From positions 1 to 46,143 of the forward strand of contig JANNYY010000263.1 in the NCBI GenBank assembly GCA_031410355.1: a stretch of 46,143 nucleotides of DNA. The letters run 5' to 3'. This DNA comes from Chitinophagaceae bacterium (GTDB taxonomy: Bacteria; Bacteroidota; Bacteroidia; Chitinophagales; Chitinophagaceae). How positions within the stretch are numbered: position 1 is the first letter of the stretch; each line of letters begins with the position of its first letter. Of the stretch, positions 9,871-19,393 are shown piece after piece. The notes under the pieces are model-generated. The model had not been told where the DNA came from and made no database searches. It saw only the letters and a program-made list of their open reading frames with translations. The position numbers and the translations under genes are program-made.

Positions 9871-10569
9871 TTAAATACCTTCAAATGAAACAAGCTCAAT
9901 ATCAAAAAGAGCAATGGCTTCTTTTATACTGTTATCACATAAAGTAGCTGCTTCAATCTCCCGTTCTATCCTGTACATGGTATTGATATCGTTTTGTAAA
10001 CCAGGATGACAGGCCAGTTCCGTAATGCCATCCGGCAATCCTGAAAGCGTTTTCTTCAGTCCTTCCACACTGATGGCAGTGTGATAAGCAGCACCATCTG
10101 ATAATTGTCCATAAAAATCTCCGCAATAATTTACTTGCGTGCCGCACCTTCGCAGGATAATACCGAGCCGGCTGGCCAAGGCTGAAAAAATGGGCCGGAT
10201 ATTTTCTTTCAGGTGTACATGCTGATGAGAGTCCAGGTGGTCTGGCTGCCTGCCCACCAGTTCATAAAAACATTCCAGTTGTTTATTAATTTCCTGCTCT
10301 ACTGCATGCACATCGTCCATAGGCACCACTTCATAAAGTGTATCCCAGTTTCCATCATTATAAATCCATTCACCCAAATCAACATGCAGCCCAATGCCCA
10401 AAGCTGTATTTTTTTTAGCGTATGCTGCGGCTTCCTTTGAAACAGGATACCTCACCATAAAACTTGCGCTTGTTACAATACCCTGTTCATGGGCCTTAAT
10501 GATGCCCATGTTTATCCCCGGGGACTGACCAAAATCATCGGCATTTACTATCAACTTTTTGTTACCCAT
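9871..10569 (-). CDS. ChbG/HpnK (YdjC) family carbohydrate deacetylase
   Basis: LIVNADDFG, GIVTSAS, GLHVDL, HLDSHQHVH, ELACHPG. Confidence 0.92.
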   Translation of the reverse strand: MGNKKLIVNADDFGQSPGINMGIIKAHEQGIVTSASFMVRYPVSKEAAAYAKKNTALGIGLHVDLGEWIYNDGNWDTLYEVVPMDDVHAVEQEINKQLECFYELVGRQPDHLDSHQHVHLKENIRPIFSALASRLGIILRRCGTQVNYCGDFYGQLSDGAAYHTAISVEGLKKTLSGLPDGITELACHPGLQNDINTMYRIEREIEAATLCDNSIKEAIALFDIELVSFEGI

Positions 10570-10572
10570 GAA

Positions 10573-11811
10573 CTATGCTCCCAAATCATTTAAAAGTTTT
10601 TCTAAAACAGTTTCGGCTTTAAAATATGTTACTGCAATATCCCGGGCGGCCTCACTGTGTTTTTTATAATTGCTGTTGATGGCATCAAAAGCAAAAAGTA
10701 TTTCTTCCATTGTGTTGAATGAAAACAAGCCCTCTCCTGTTGGGATGGTAACGCCGAAGCCGGTATCCTGGGTTATCACAGGCCGCCCTGCAGCAAGGTA
10801 ACAGGCGCTGCGTTCGCTGAACCAGCCGCTGCGTAGCCGTATGTTCTGGTCTTTTGCAAAAGTAAATTCACCTCTTGAACTAATGATGTAATCCCTGTAT
10901 TGCCAGGGGTCGGTTGTAAAGGCCGGTGCATCTGCCAATATCCATCCGTTTGAAGTGAGCACGCTGTATTCATCATCAGCTACACCCAGTGCAGGCACTA
11001 CTGTGCCCGTGCTATGTTTAAATGTTTCGGGCTTTGCCAGGTTCATGGCAAGTTCAATGGGCTGGTTAACCCTTTTTGGCAGATCAATAAATTTTAAAAA
11101 TTCATAGTGCTTGCTCCAGTAATAAGTTTCGCCATTAAATTGCAGGTCACGCCCGCCCTGCTTCCAGTTACCTACCGTTGTAAATTCTTTTTTAAGGGGG
11201 TCGCCACCCTCCCACATATTTACTAACACCGGTTGTCTTGTTTTGGCACGGAGCCTTGGCAAGGCCGGTATCGGGCAATCGGGGTTTCCAATATTTTCTC
11301 CATAACTAACAACATCATCATGTTCATCTATAGCAGCTATAGCGAGGGCATCCCCCTGTGCATATTTGATCTCAGGATATACCGGATCAGTGCCATAATA
11401 AACCAGCCTGCCAGTTTTTAATTCCAGGTATTTAAAAATAGTTGCACCAGAAATATTAAAAACAAGATCGGCGTCTGCGAGCAACGCTTCTGCCTTGATT
11501 TTAGTTAAGCCAAACCATTCTTTATTTTTTGAAAAGCTGCTGCGGTAAGCCCACCGGTCTTTCAATCCAAAACTTTCCGATACCTTTTTTAGATAAGGAA
11601 CTGCATAATCTGCATTATCAACCCTGGTTTGCAAAACAGGATCGTATGGCCAGGTATCTGTTATTTCAAAATAAAAAACATTATGCCCAAGGCGTAACAG
11701 GCCCACAGCTATCTGCATGTGCATCCAGGCCATGCCTGCGTAAGGGTCTGATGCCAGGGTACCCACCACAATAATATTCAATCGCTTCATGCTGATCTGT
11801 TTGTGATTCAT
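10573..11811 (-). CDS. Putative GT-B fold glycosyltransferase-like protein (paralog A); start may be 11790
   Basis: AGMAWMHMQIAVGLLRLGHNV and GWFSERSACYLAAGRPVITQDTGF. Clearly homologous to 7717..8859. Confidence 0.7.
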   Translation of the reverse strand: MNHKQISMKRLNIIVVGTLASDPYAGMAWMHMQIAVGLLRLGHNVFYFEITDTWPYDPVLQTRVDNADYAVPYLKKVSESFGLKDRWAYRSSFSKNKEWFGLTKIKAEALLADADLVFNISGATIFKYLELKTGRLVYYGTDPVYPEIKYAQGDALAIAAIDEHDDVVSYGENIGNPDCPIPALPRLRAKTRQPVLVNMWEGGDPLKKEFTTVGNWKQGGRDLQFNGETYYWSKHYEFLKFIDLPKRVNQPIELAMNLAKPETFKHSTGTVVPALGVADDEYSVLTSNGWILADAPAFTTDPWQYRDYIISSRGEFTFAKDQNIRLRSGWFSERSACYLAAGRPVITQDTGFGVTIPTGEGLFSFNTMEEILFAFDAINSNYKKHSEAARDIAVTYFKAETVLEKLLNDLGA

Positions 11812-11882
11812 TTATTTTCCGGGAAAATTTATATTGTTTCAGAAGATGATCTTCAAAAAGTAAATATCAATGCACCGGTCAT

Positions 11883-13658
11883 TTATGCTTTGTTTAAGAA
11901 TGCTTTCTTTTTATCTGTTAAAAAACCGCTGGTATAATCACGAACAACATCCACCAACCGGCCATTTTCTAAATGCAGGACAAGGTTACAGGAACTGAGT
12001 GTATCCAGCCTGTGTGTGATCATGAATGTAGTCCGGCCTTCCATCAGGCGCTCCATAGCTTCCATAATCAGGGCTTCGGTTCCCATGTCGAGCGAACTTG
12101 TAGGCTCATCCAGGATCAATACCGGGGCATTTTTTATAAATGCACGTGCAATTGAAATCCGTTGCCGTTCACCACCCGATAACTGCATTCCCCTTTCTCC
12201 TACCTGTGTATTGTAGCCTTCGCTGGTTTTCATAATGAACTCATGGGCATTGGCTGCTTTGGCAGCTTCTGTTATTTCATTTTCAGTTGCCTGCGGCCGC
12301 CCATAACTAATGTTTTCTGCAAAGGTTGAAGAAAATAAAACAGGCTCCTGCAAAACCATGCTGAACTGGTCGCGATAATCGGCCAGTTTGTAATTTTTAA
12401 TATCAGTACCATCAATTTTTATGATACCGGCAGACGGATCGTAAAAGCGGTTTAAAAGATTTATCAGCGTTGATTTGCCTGCACCTGTTGAACCCATGAT
12501 ACCAACCCGGTCGCCGGGTTTTACTTCGAAAGAAATGTCTTGCAAAGTGAGCGCATTATCACTGTAAGAAAAAAATACATTTTCAAATTTAAACTGCCCT
12601 TGTACCCGGGTCAAATGAACAGCGTGCGGATTTTCTGGTACTTCTTTCTTTTCATCCAACACCAAAAAAACCCGGTCTATACTGGCAACCGAAGATTGAA
12701 TATCATTCAGGTTCTTGATGATGCTTTGTAAGGGGGCAAATATCTGGGTTATATAAGCAATAACCAGGGTAAGTTCTCCAATGGTCATTTTTCCTGAGTG
12801 AACAAAAATAGCTCCTGCGTATATAAAACCTGCCGAACCAATTGCCAGCAGCATATTTACAATAAAAGTATAACTGGCTGCAACTTTTGCAAGTTGAACC
12901 TGCCCTTTTACAGCATGATCAGAACGGCTGGCATAGCGTTCATTTTCATTATTTTCCTGGCCAAATGCTTTTACCACACGTAGTGCATTAAGCACTTCGT
13001 GAATTACAGACATGGCAACACTTTCAGCATCCTTTACTTTATACCAGTCTTTAATAAGCCGCTTAGTTGAAAGTTTGGTTACGATAATTAGTGGAGGTAT
13101 AATGCACAACGTGATGACTGCAAACTGCCAGCTAATAAAAAACATAACGACAATCATTGCCAACAAGGTAATGGTAGATGTTGCCAGCGCCGAAAGCTGG
13201 GTGAGCAACAGGTTACGGATGCTCATGGTATCCCATTGAATGCGATACAAAGAATCTGATGACCCTTTTTTATCGTGGTATGAAAGGGAAAGCCTTTGCA
13301 GGTGATTAAAAAGCAGTGTCCTGAAATTCAGCACTAATTTTTCTCCTGTAAAAATAGACAGCAGCCATGAAATAAAAATGATGATGTTATCAACAAGTGC
13401 AATAAGTATTACGAGCCCAACGCTTATTAAAGCTATAGCTGTAAAATTAAATTCAAAATTGGGTGAAAAAAAAGCCCTGATGGCGGATGGAACTGGTTGT
13501 GACCCAAATCCGCTGTCGATCAAAAGTTTAAGTGCATACGGCTTTAATAAAGTAACCGGGATAACCAGGAGACTTAAAATAAATAACCAGACAATATGTG
13601 GCCAGTAAGGGCGGGCATGAACCAGGATCCTTTTTATAAGTTTGAAAGTTCTTTTCAT
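11883..13658 (-). CDS. ABC exporter, fused permease + ATPase (MsbA/NdvA type)
   Basis: N-terminal TM domain, Walker A GSTGAGKST, signature LSGGERQR, Walker B LILDE, H-loop ITHRL. Confidence 0.95.
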   Translation of the reverse strand: MKRTFKLIKRILVHARPYWPHIVWLFILSLLVIPVTLLKPYALKLLIDSGFGSQPVPSAIRAFFSPNFEFNFTAIALISVGLVILIALVDNIIIFISWLLSIFTGEKLVLNFRTLLFNHLQRLSLSYHDKKGSSDSLYRIQWDTMSIRNLLLTQLSALATSTITLLAMIVVMFFISWQFAVITLCIIPPLIIVTKLSTKRLIKDWYKVKDAESVAMSVIHEVLNALRVVKAFGQENNENERYASRSDHAVKGQVQLAKVAASYTFIVNMLLAIGSAGFIYAGAIFVHSGKMTIGELTLVIAYITQIFAPLQSIIKNLNDIQSSVASIDRVFLVLDEKKEVPENPHAVHLTRVQGQFKFENVFFSYSDNALTLQDISFEVKPGDRVGIMGSTGAGKSTLINLLNRFYDPSAGIIKIDGTDIKNYKLADYRDQFSMVLQEPVLFSSTFAENISYGRPQATENEITEAAKAANAHEFIMKTSEGYNTQVGERGMQLSGGERQRISIARAFIKNAPVLILDEPTSSLDMGTEALIMEAMERLMEGRTTFMITHRLDTLSSCNLVLHLENGRLVDVVRDYTSGFLTDKKKAFLNKA

Positions 13659-13736
13659 TAAGCGGAGTTTGAAACCTGCTGCACAAGCGGGGTTCTATTT
13701 TTTTAAAACCCTGTTTACAAATTATGACCTGTAGGG

Positions 13737-16424
13737 TTAAGAATAACTTTTATTTTTTGCTTTCGGCAGCCTTGCCTGTAACAAAAACTGGAGAACCTTT
13801 TCCTTCATCAACCCTGTTTTATTGGCAGCTTTGTGGCCGGAAATTATATCTTGCGCAAATCCACGGTTCAGTTTTTCTTTAGAAAACGGTTTTAAATGGG
13901 CTTCCGGATTGTTGTTGCCCGGTTCCTTAAACGCCAGCTTCAACGTATTTAAGGAGCTGGCGGCTAAATAAAAAGAGCGTAAAACAACACAAAAAAATAA
14001 AAAAGCCACGATGACGCTAACAAAATAATATTTATCAACTGCAGCCAATACACTTAAGCCTGCCAGCAGAAAAGATACACAAAAAGCTGTTCGTGAAAAA
14101 AAAGATCTGCATTTAAACCTAAGCATCTGTTTTCCGCCACCATGTTCTTCAATGGTTAACAAACCCCTGCTTTTGGCGAACAAACCATTGCTTACTTCAA
14201 TATCCCAATTGTCGAAATCGCCGCCACGCTTCACCCGGCTTCTTAATTGTATTAATTTCTTTTCTATTCCCAATAAATAGTCTTCAGCAGTATGCCATTC
14301 CTCTGACCAAAGCGTAAAGATGTGATAATTTAACTTGAATAAAAACTGGTAACCCAAACCCACGCCTTTTTTGCGCCAGGGAGTTAAACCGTTTGTAAAC
14401 CTGCCGTAGAGCCTTGCCACCGGCTGAATTACGTGTAATAAAATAATACAGGCAATGTATTTGTAATTTTTCTTTTGAGATGCACGTAATGAAGAATTTC
14501 TTTTTGCACTTATAAATGCCTGCACAAAAACTATAGCTATTGATATAGCAAAAGCTACAAACATCCACAACAACGGGGCCCAAAAAAAACCAAGAAATCC
14601 CGACACTAAAAACAACCCGGAAAGCAGGTACCACTCCGGCATCAAAGGAATAGAATTTATAAAACTACCTGCTGGCTGGTAAACCGACTGAAATAAGGCA
14701 GTGCCCCAACTGCCGTGAAAGATCTTATCTTTTTTTATTTTTACAGGCAGGGTTAGCCCGTTCCCATAAATCCTGCCTGCCCAGGTCAGGTGCCCCAGGC
14801 TGTTGTATTTTTCCGGCCATTTTGTTTCCAGCAACGCTTCGGCTTTGCCATAACCTTTTTGTTGTTTCCAGTAAGCTTTTAAAGAATTTCTGCGATGATG
14901 CCAAACAACAGCCGACGGATGAAAACCTACTGTTCTGCCCGACTGTTGAATTCTCCAGCAAACATCCACATCATCACCTGCGGCCCGGTACACCGGATCA
15001 AAACCACCGATTTGCATTAATGCGTCTTTTCTAAACGACATATTGCAGCCCGGTACATGCTCTGCTATTTCATCTGTATCCAGTACATGTACGGGGCCGC
15101 CGGGCGAGTTGGCTACGCAGGTTGAAATGAATGGATCATCGTAAGGGGCAATATTAGGCCCGCCAACACAGGCATGATCAGTAGTAAGATAAGTATAAGC
15201 CAGATAAGGAAGCCAATGCCTGTCGGGATAGGCATCATCATCAATGTAGGCAATAATTTCACCGGTGGCATTATACATACCCGTGTTCCTGGCACTGCTT
15301 AAACCATGGTTTGATGTAGAGATTAATTTTACAGGATAGCGGCCTGCAATCTCCGGTAAATTATCTGTAGAACCATCGTTAACAACAAGCACATCAAAAT
15401 TGGGATAATCAACCTGTAAAATGCCTTCCAGGCATTCCTGTATAGTTGCTGACCCATTAAAAGAACAAACAATTACTGTTATATGCGGCAGGGGATTGTT
15501 GTTTGAAAACGGAATATTATCCAGGGCGAGTGAAACAGCAAATAGCGCCGGCTTTGGATTACGCTGCCTGTCCACCAAACCAAAATCCCAGTCTTCAATA
15601 TCAGCGCCGCCACGCCACCATTCATCTGTCCAGGCAAAAACAAACATACCTGCACAGCCTTTTGCAAACACGGTTTCAATTTGCCATGATAAAACTTCCG
15701 CCTGCTTGTCGGATCCATTACGGTAACTGTCTAAACCAATTTCCGCCAATATTAAAGGGCGGTCGCCGGAAAGATTATGCAGGCGTGCCAGGTATTTGCT
15801 GAGTTTTTCAGGAGTTTCCAGGTACACATTAAAACAATCAAAATCAAGGAAGCTGAGGTCGAGGTATTCTGTGGTAGGATAATTTACATAAGTCACCAAA
15901 GACTCCGGATCAACCAGTTTTACTGCTTGATATAATTGCTTTAAAAAATTTTCAACCCTTTTTTTGCCATACCAGCGAACTATGGGTGCAGGTATCTCGT
16001 TGCCAATGGCGTAACATAAGATAGCCGGATGATTGGCGCATTGACTCACGCCTTCTTTTACCCTCCTGATAATATCATTTTTAGTGGCCTCTTTATCAAG
16101 AAAGGCAATATGTTGTTCCCACGGAAGGCCGGCCATTATCCTGAGCCCGTATTTATAGGCAATATCCAGTAAATAAATGGGAGGTACTGTATAGGTTCTT
16201 ACAGTATTGATACCATGCTTAATCATCAAAGCAAAATCCTTTTCTATTAAAGCAGGCTCCGGAAAATGAACTCCCTCAGTGGTTGGTTTAAATGTGCCGT
16301 ACGTAACACCCTTCACATAAAATTTTTCCTCTCCGAGGAATAAAAATTTGCCTTTTACTTGAGGTTTTGAAGAATGGGGCGGCAAAATTTGTGTGTTATA
16401 GTTACCCATAAAAATGAATTTCAT
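13737..16424 (-). CDS. Fusion of clan GH-A (GH2-like TIM barrel) glycoside hydrolase and GT2 glycosyltransferase with C-terminal TM helices
   Basis: GH-A acid/base AIGNEI and nucleophile LAEIG. GT2 motifs VNDGSTD, YIDDDAY, GCNMSFR, GDDVD. Hydrophobic helices follow the GT2 domain. Confidence 0.88.
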   Translation of the reverse strand: MKFIFMGNYNTQILPPHSSKPQVKGKFLFLGEEKFYVKGVTYGTFKPTTEGVHFPEPALIEKDFALMIKHGINTVRTYTVPPIYLLDIAYKYGLRIMAGLPWEQHIAFLDKEATKNDIIRRVKEGVSQCANHPAILCYAIGNEIPAPIVRWYGKKRVENFLKQLYQAVKLVDPESLVTYVNYPTTEYLDLSFLDFDCFNVYLETPEKLSKYLARLHNLSGDRPLILAEIGLDSYRNGSDKQAEVLSWQIETVFAKGCAGMFVFAWTDEWWRGGADIEDWDFGLVDRQRNPKPALFAVSLALDNIPFSNNNPLPHITVIVCSFNGSATIQECLEGILQVDYPNFDVLVVNDGSTDNLPEIAGRYPVKLISTSNHGLSSARNTGMYNATGEIIAYIDDDAYPDRHWLPYLAYTYLTTDHACVGGPNIAPYDDPFISTCVANSPGGPVHVLDTDEIAEHVPGCNMSFRKDALMQIGGFDPVYRAAGDDVDVCWRIQQSGRTVGFHPSAVVWHHRRNSLKAYWKQQKGYGKAEALLETKWPEKYNSLGHLTWAGRIYGNGLTLPVKIKKDKIFHGSWGTALFQSVYQPAGSFINSIPLMPEWYLLSGLFLVSGFLGFFWAPLLWMFVAFAISIAIVFVQAFISAKRNSSLRASQKKNYKYIACIILLHVIQPVARLYGRFTNGLTPWRKKGVGLGYQFLFKLNYHIFTLWSEEWHTAEDYLLGIEKKLIQLRSRVKRGGDFDNWDIEVSNGLFAKSRGLLTIEEHGGGKQMLRFKCRSFFSRTAFCVSFLLAGLSVLAAVDKYYFVSVIVAFLFFCVVLRSFYLAASSLNTLKLAFKEPGNNNPEAHLKPFSKEKLNRGFAQDIISGHKAANKTGLMKEKVLQFLLQARLPKAKNKSYS

Positions 16425-16847
16425 TTTTTTAAATTAACAAAATAATCGTTTATGGGGCAGTTTTTGGTAGGATAGAAGTAGAAGCAAACAACAATTTTAC
16501 AAAAGAAAATCAGTAAAAACAAATAACCACAAGTATAATTTAAATGTGTATATAACACAGAAAGGCTTATACGCATACAAGCCCTGCCTAATAATCTCCT
16601 GCTTACCGAAGTTTTGCATTTCAAAAAATACAGATTATCGTTAACTCCGCCACTTCGCCGGGAGTACAAAATTATTCCCTTTGGTCAACCCCGCAATTTG
16701 GACGGTTACTTTATCAGAAAGTAGAAAATGGATTTGTTTATAATGGCATTCCTTTGGTAGAAATAAAATTCCTGGTTACTAATAACAAGGTTATTTCATT
16801 AATGATTCATGAACCTGATGTTACGGTAACAGCAATAAAGGTTTCTT

Positions 16848-16885
16848 AAAAAAAAAACCGCCTCAATCAATGAGACGGTTTTTTT
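16848..16885 (-). terminator. Intrinsic terminator (possibly bidirectional) after the T9SS cargo gene
   Basis: Minus strand CCGTCTCA-TTGAT-TGAGGCGG followed by T10. A/T tracts on both sides. Confidence 0.8.
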
Positions 16886-16897
16886 ACAATAATTGAC

Positions 16898-19393
16898 TTA
16901 GCGTTGTATCACAATTTTTTCTGTTTGTACCCCCCCTTCGGCACTAACTACTTTAACATAATACAAACCCGAAGCTTTGGAACCTAAATTGAAAAGCATT
17001 GTATTTCCCTTCGCACTTACCTGTATATTTTTCTTTTCAATAGTGGCTCCATTTGCATCAACAATGCTTACTACAGCGAACGAACCTTGCAGGTTGTTTA
17101 ACTGGAGGGTGAATTGCCCGTTATTAGGATTTGGCAAAACAGCTATCCCGATGGCCCCGGTCATGATTTCACTGATCATATTATCGCGGGATGTTGCATT
17201 ATTGACTAACGAAAACGAACTGGTGCAGGGAACCTGTTCACATTTGCCCAAACGATCTCCCGTATGTCCCGAAAGATGTGCCGGTACAGCGTTTACACTG
17301 ATGGACAATGTGTGTGCGTTACCTGGATTACCCGGAGGCACATGGCATACAAAAACTTTTTTACCATCGTTGCCATCCCGGATGTCAGTTACACAAATGG
17401 TAATAGTACAGGTAGTTTTACAGCCGTTTATATTGGTAACAGTTACGGTAAAAATATAAGTACCAGCAGTTGTAGGCGCAAATACGGGCGCTTGGCAAAT
17501 GGTACAGCTTAAAGTTCCCGTGCCTACCCATGCATAAGTGAATGGAGACCCGCCGGTGGCATTTACACTAAGTGTTACGCTTTGGGGACCATAGCCCAGG
17601 TAGATATTGGTAGGGATTCCTCCTGTATAAACATTATTGGACGGGATGGCAGTGATCGTGCAGGATGGTACAGTTCCTAATACCGTCACGTTAGCTGTGC
17701 AGGTCTGTGTATTTCCATGGGTGTCTGTAACTGTTAATGTTACAGTATTGCTGCCGATATTAGCGCATGTAAATGTTGATTTGGATAAAGCCAATGTGAC
17801 TGCACCACAATTATCTGAGCTACCATTGTTAATGTCGTTTGGAGTAATGGAAGCAGTGCCATTAGCCAGGGTTACAGTTGCATTTTTACAAAATGCTTTT
17901 GGCTTTTCATTGTCCGTTACTGTTACGGTAAATGTACAGGAGACAGATGGATTGATGCCATCACTTGCTGTCCATGTTACAGTGGTAGTTCCTTTATTAA
18001 GTATAACATTCGCAAGCGAACTTCCACTGCCGGTTGTTGCTCCACTCAATGTATAGGAAAGCGTTACAGGCGAGCAGTCGGTGGCTGTAGCGTTAAACTC
18101 TGTCCCCTGCACTTTATAAGTACATACACCGGGATCTGTATTGCGGCTGGCCGCTGCCGGGCAGGTGATTACCGGGGATCGATCGTCCACCACCACAACA
18201 GTAAATGAGCAGGTAGTTGAAACATTGCCTGATGCGTCAGTTACCGTAAGAACAACCGTATTGTTGCCTATCGGGAATCCACGGCCTGCTCCTAATGAAT
18301 AACAACCTTGTGCAAGATTGAAAAACAGGTCGGGAAGAAACTTATTATTGTTTTGATCAAAATATTCTTCTTTCAACGAGAGACTTCCCGGACAGTTATC
18401 AGCAATACAAAAAGTGCCGCCACTTCCCTGGAAGCGACAGTCTGGCCCTGCACTACTTGTTGAGCCTAAGCAATTGTATACTGTCGGCCTGGTAACATCG
18501 GGCGTTTCATTAATAGTAAAGGATTTTGTTTCACTCACATTTGAAGCGTCTGTTACAATCACAGTATAAGTCCCTGCAGGCACCCCGGAAATATCCTGGC
18601 TTGGACTAGTAAACGAATTGGGACCCGTCCATGCATAAGTGTATCCGGGAATTCCACCCGTAACTGTAATGTCAACAGCCCCGGTTGTTCCCGGACAATG
18701 GATATCAGTAACAGTACCGGTAATAGTGATCTGCTCTACAAACTGGACGGCATCAATCCTTACCCGCTGATCGTTATTTGCAGCGCCCGTGCCGGCAGTA
18801 AAGCCCCAGTAAACAAACGGGTTGCCACCAAAAATATTTGCAATAAGGTCATACACAATTGTATGGGGTGTTCCGTCAAAAGTTACTGTAAAAGTTTTTG
18901 TTGCTGCAACCCAGTCAAAGATTGCGGGATGCCAGGCTCCATCTTCTATATTAGGTAAAATGAAAGGCAGTAAAAGACTATTGCCGTCATGAGTAACACT
19001 TCCATTTTTGTTTATTCCTAAATGATCGTCTGGAGGATCAGTTGCATTCTGCCAGGTATCAAACTCTACATCTAATGAGGGTGTAATTCCCAAGTAACCT
19101 ATGCCTCCACCACCAGTTCCGGCATTAACACTCAGAGGCTGAAGTACGAAAGCAATTCCATCTGCCCCTGTGGCATCTTTTGTACCAAGGTATACCCGGG
19201 AAGAGATGGAAAAGTTATAATTCAAATTCAATTTGGTTTGATACCAAACGGAACCGCTCTGGCCATTTATAGCCGGAGTCAATTGATATTCGTTGCCACC
19301 AACGAAATTTGCACTTCCATTAGTTACATATTGCCCATTCACATAAAATAAACCGGCAAATAAAAAAAAGAAGAAAAATAATGATTTTTTCAT
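16898..19393 (-). CDS. T9SS type-A cargo: L-type lectin domain + SprB-like repeat + HYR/Ig-like repeats + CTD
   Basis: Signal peptide from ATG 19393 (MKKSLFFFFFLFAGLFYVNGQ). Legume-lectin motifs GADGIAF, VEFDT, WGFTAGTG. SprB-like GGIPGYTYAW. HYR-like VTDASGN..TCSFTVVVVD. CTD VLPNPNNGQF...SGLYYVKV...KIVIQR. Confidence 0.9.
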   Translation of the reverse strand: MKKSLFFFFFLFAGLFYVNGQYVTNGSANFVGGNEYQLTPAINGQSGSVWYQTKLNLNYNFSISSRVYLGTKDATGADGIAFVLQPLSVNAGTGGGGIGYLGITPSLDVEFDTWQNATDPPDDHLGINKNGSVTHDGNSLLLPFILPNIEDGAWHPAIFDWVAATKTFTVTFDGTPHTIVYDLIANIFGGNPFVYWGFTAGTGAANNDQRVRIDAVQFVEQITITGTVTDIHCPGTTGAVDITVTGGIPGYTYAWTGPNSFTSPSQDISGVPAGTYTVIVTDASNVSETKSFTINETPDVTRPTVYNCLGSTSSAGPDCRFQGSGGTFCIADNCPGSLSLKEEYFDQNNNKFLPDLFFNLAQGCYSLGAGRGFPIGNNTVVLTVTDASGNVSTTCSFTVVVVDDRSPVITCPAAASRNTDPGVCTYKVQGTEFNATATDCSPVTLSYTLSGATTGSGSSLANVILNKGTTTVTWTASDGINPSVSCTFTVTVTDNEKPKAFCKNATVTLANGTASITPNDINNGSSDNCGAVTLALSKSTFTCANIGSNTVTLTVTDTHGNTQTCTANVTVLGTVPSCTITAIPSNNVYTGGIPTNIYLGYGPQSVTLSVNATGGSPFTYAWVGTGTLSCTICQAPVFAPTTAGTYIFTVTVTNINGCKTTCTITICVTDIRDGNDGKKVFVCHVPPGNPGNAHTLSISVNAVPAHLSGHTGDRLGKCEQVPCTSSFSLVNNATSRDNMISEIMTGAIGIAVLPNPNNGQFTLQLNNLQGSFAVVSIVDANGATIEKKNIQVSAKGNTMLFNLGSKASGLYYVKVVSAEGGVQTEKIVIQR

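Noticed and set aside
9871-16424. Hopanoid (hpnI/hpnK) biosynthesis cluster
   Set aside because: GT2 and YdjC genes are present, but there is no squalene-hopene cyclase, radical-SAM or other hpn gene in the window.
16421-16669. 82-aa ORF or leader peptide upstream of the glycan operon, with a small ACTCC/GGAGT hairpin near 16644-16665
   Set aside because: TTG start, no motif and only a 5-bp stem. Insufficient support.
16977-18056. Long antisense ORFs within the T9SS cargo gene (also others opposite tal, trmH, CAP and spoIIM)
   Set aside because: Shadow ORFs from codon bias of the real genes.
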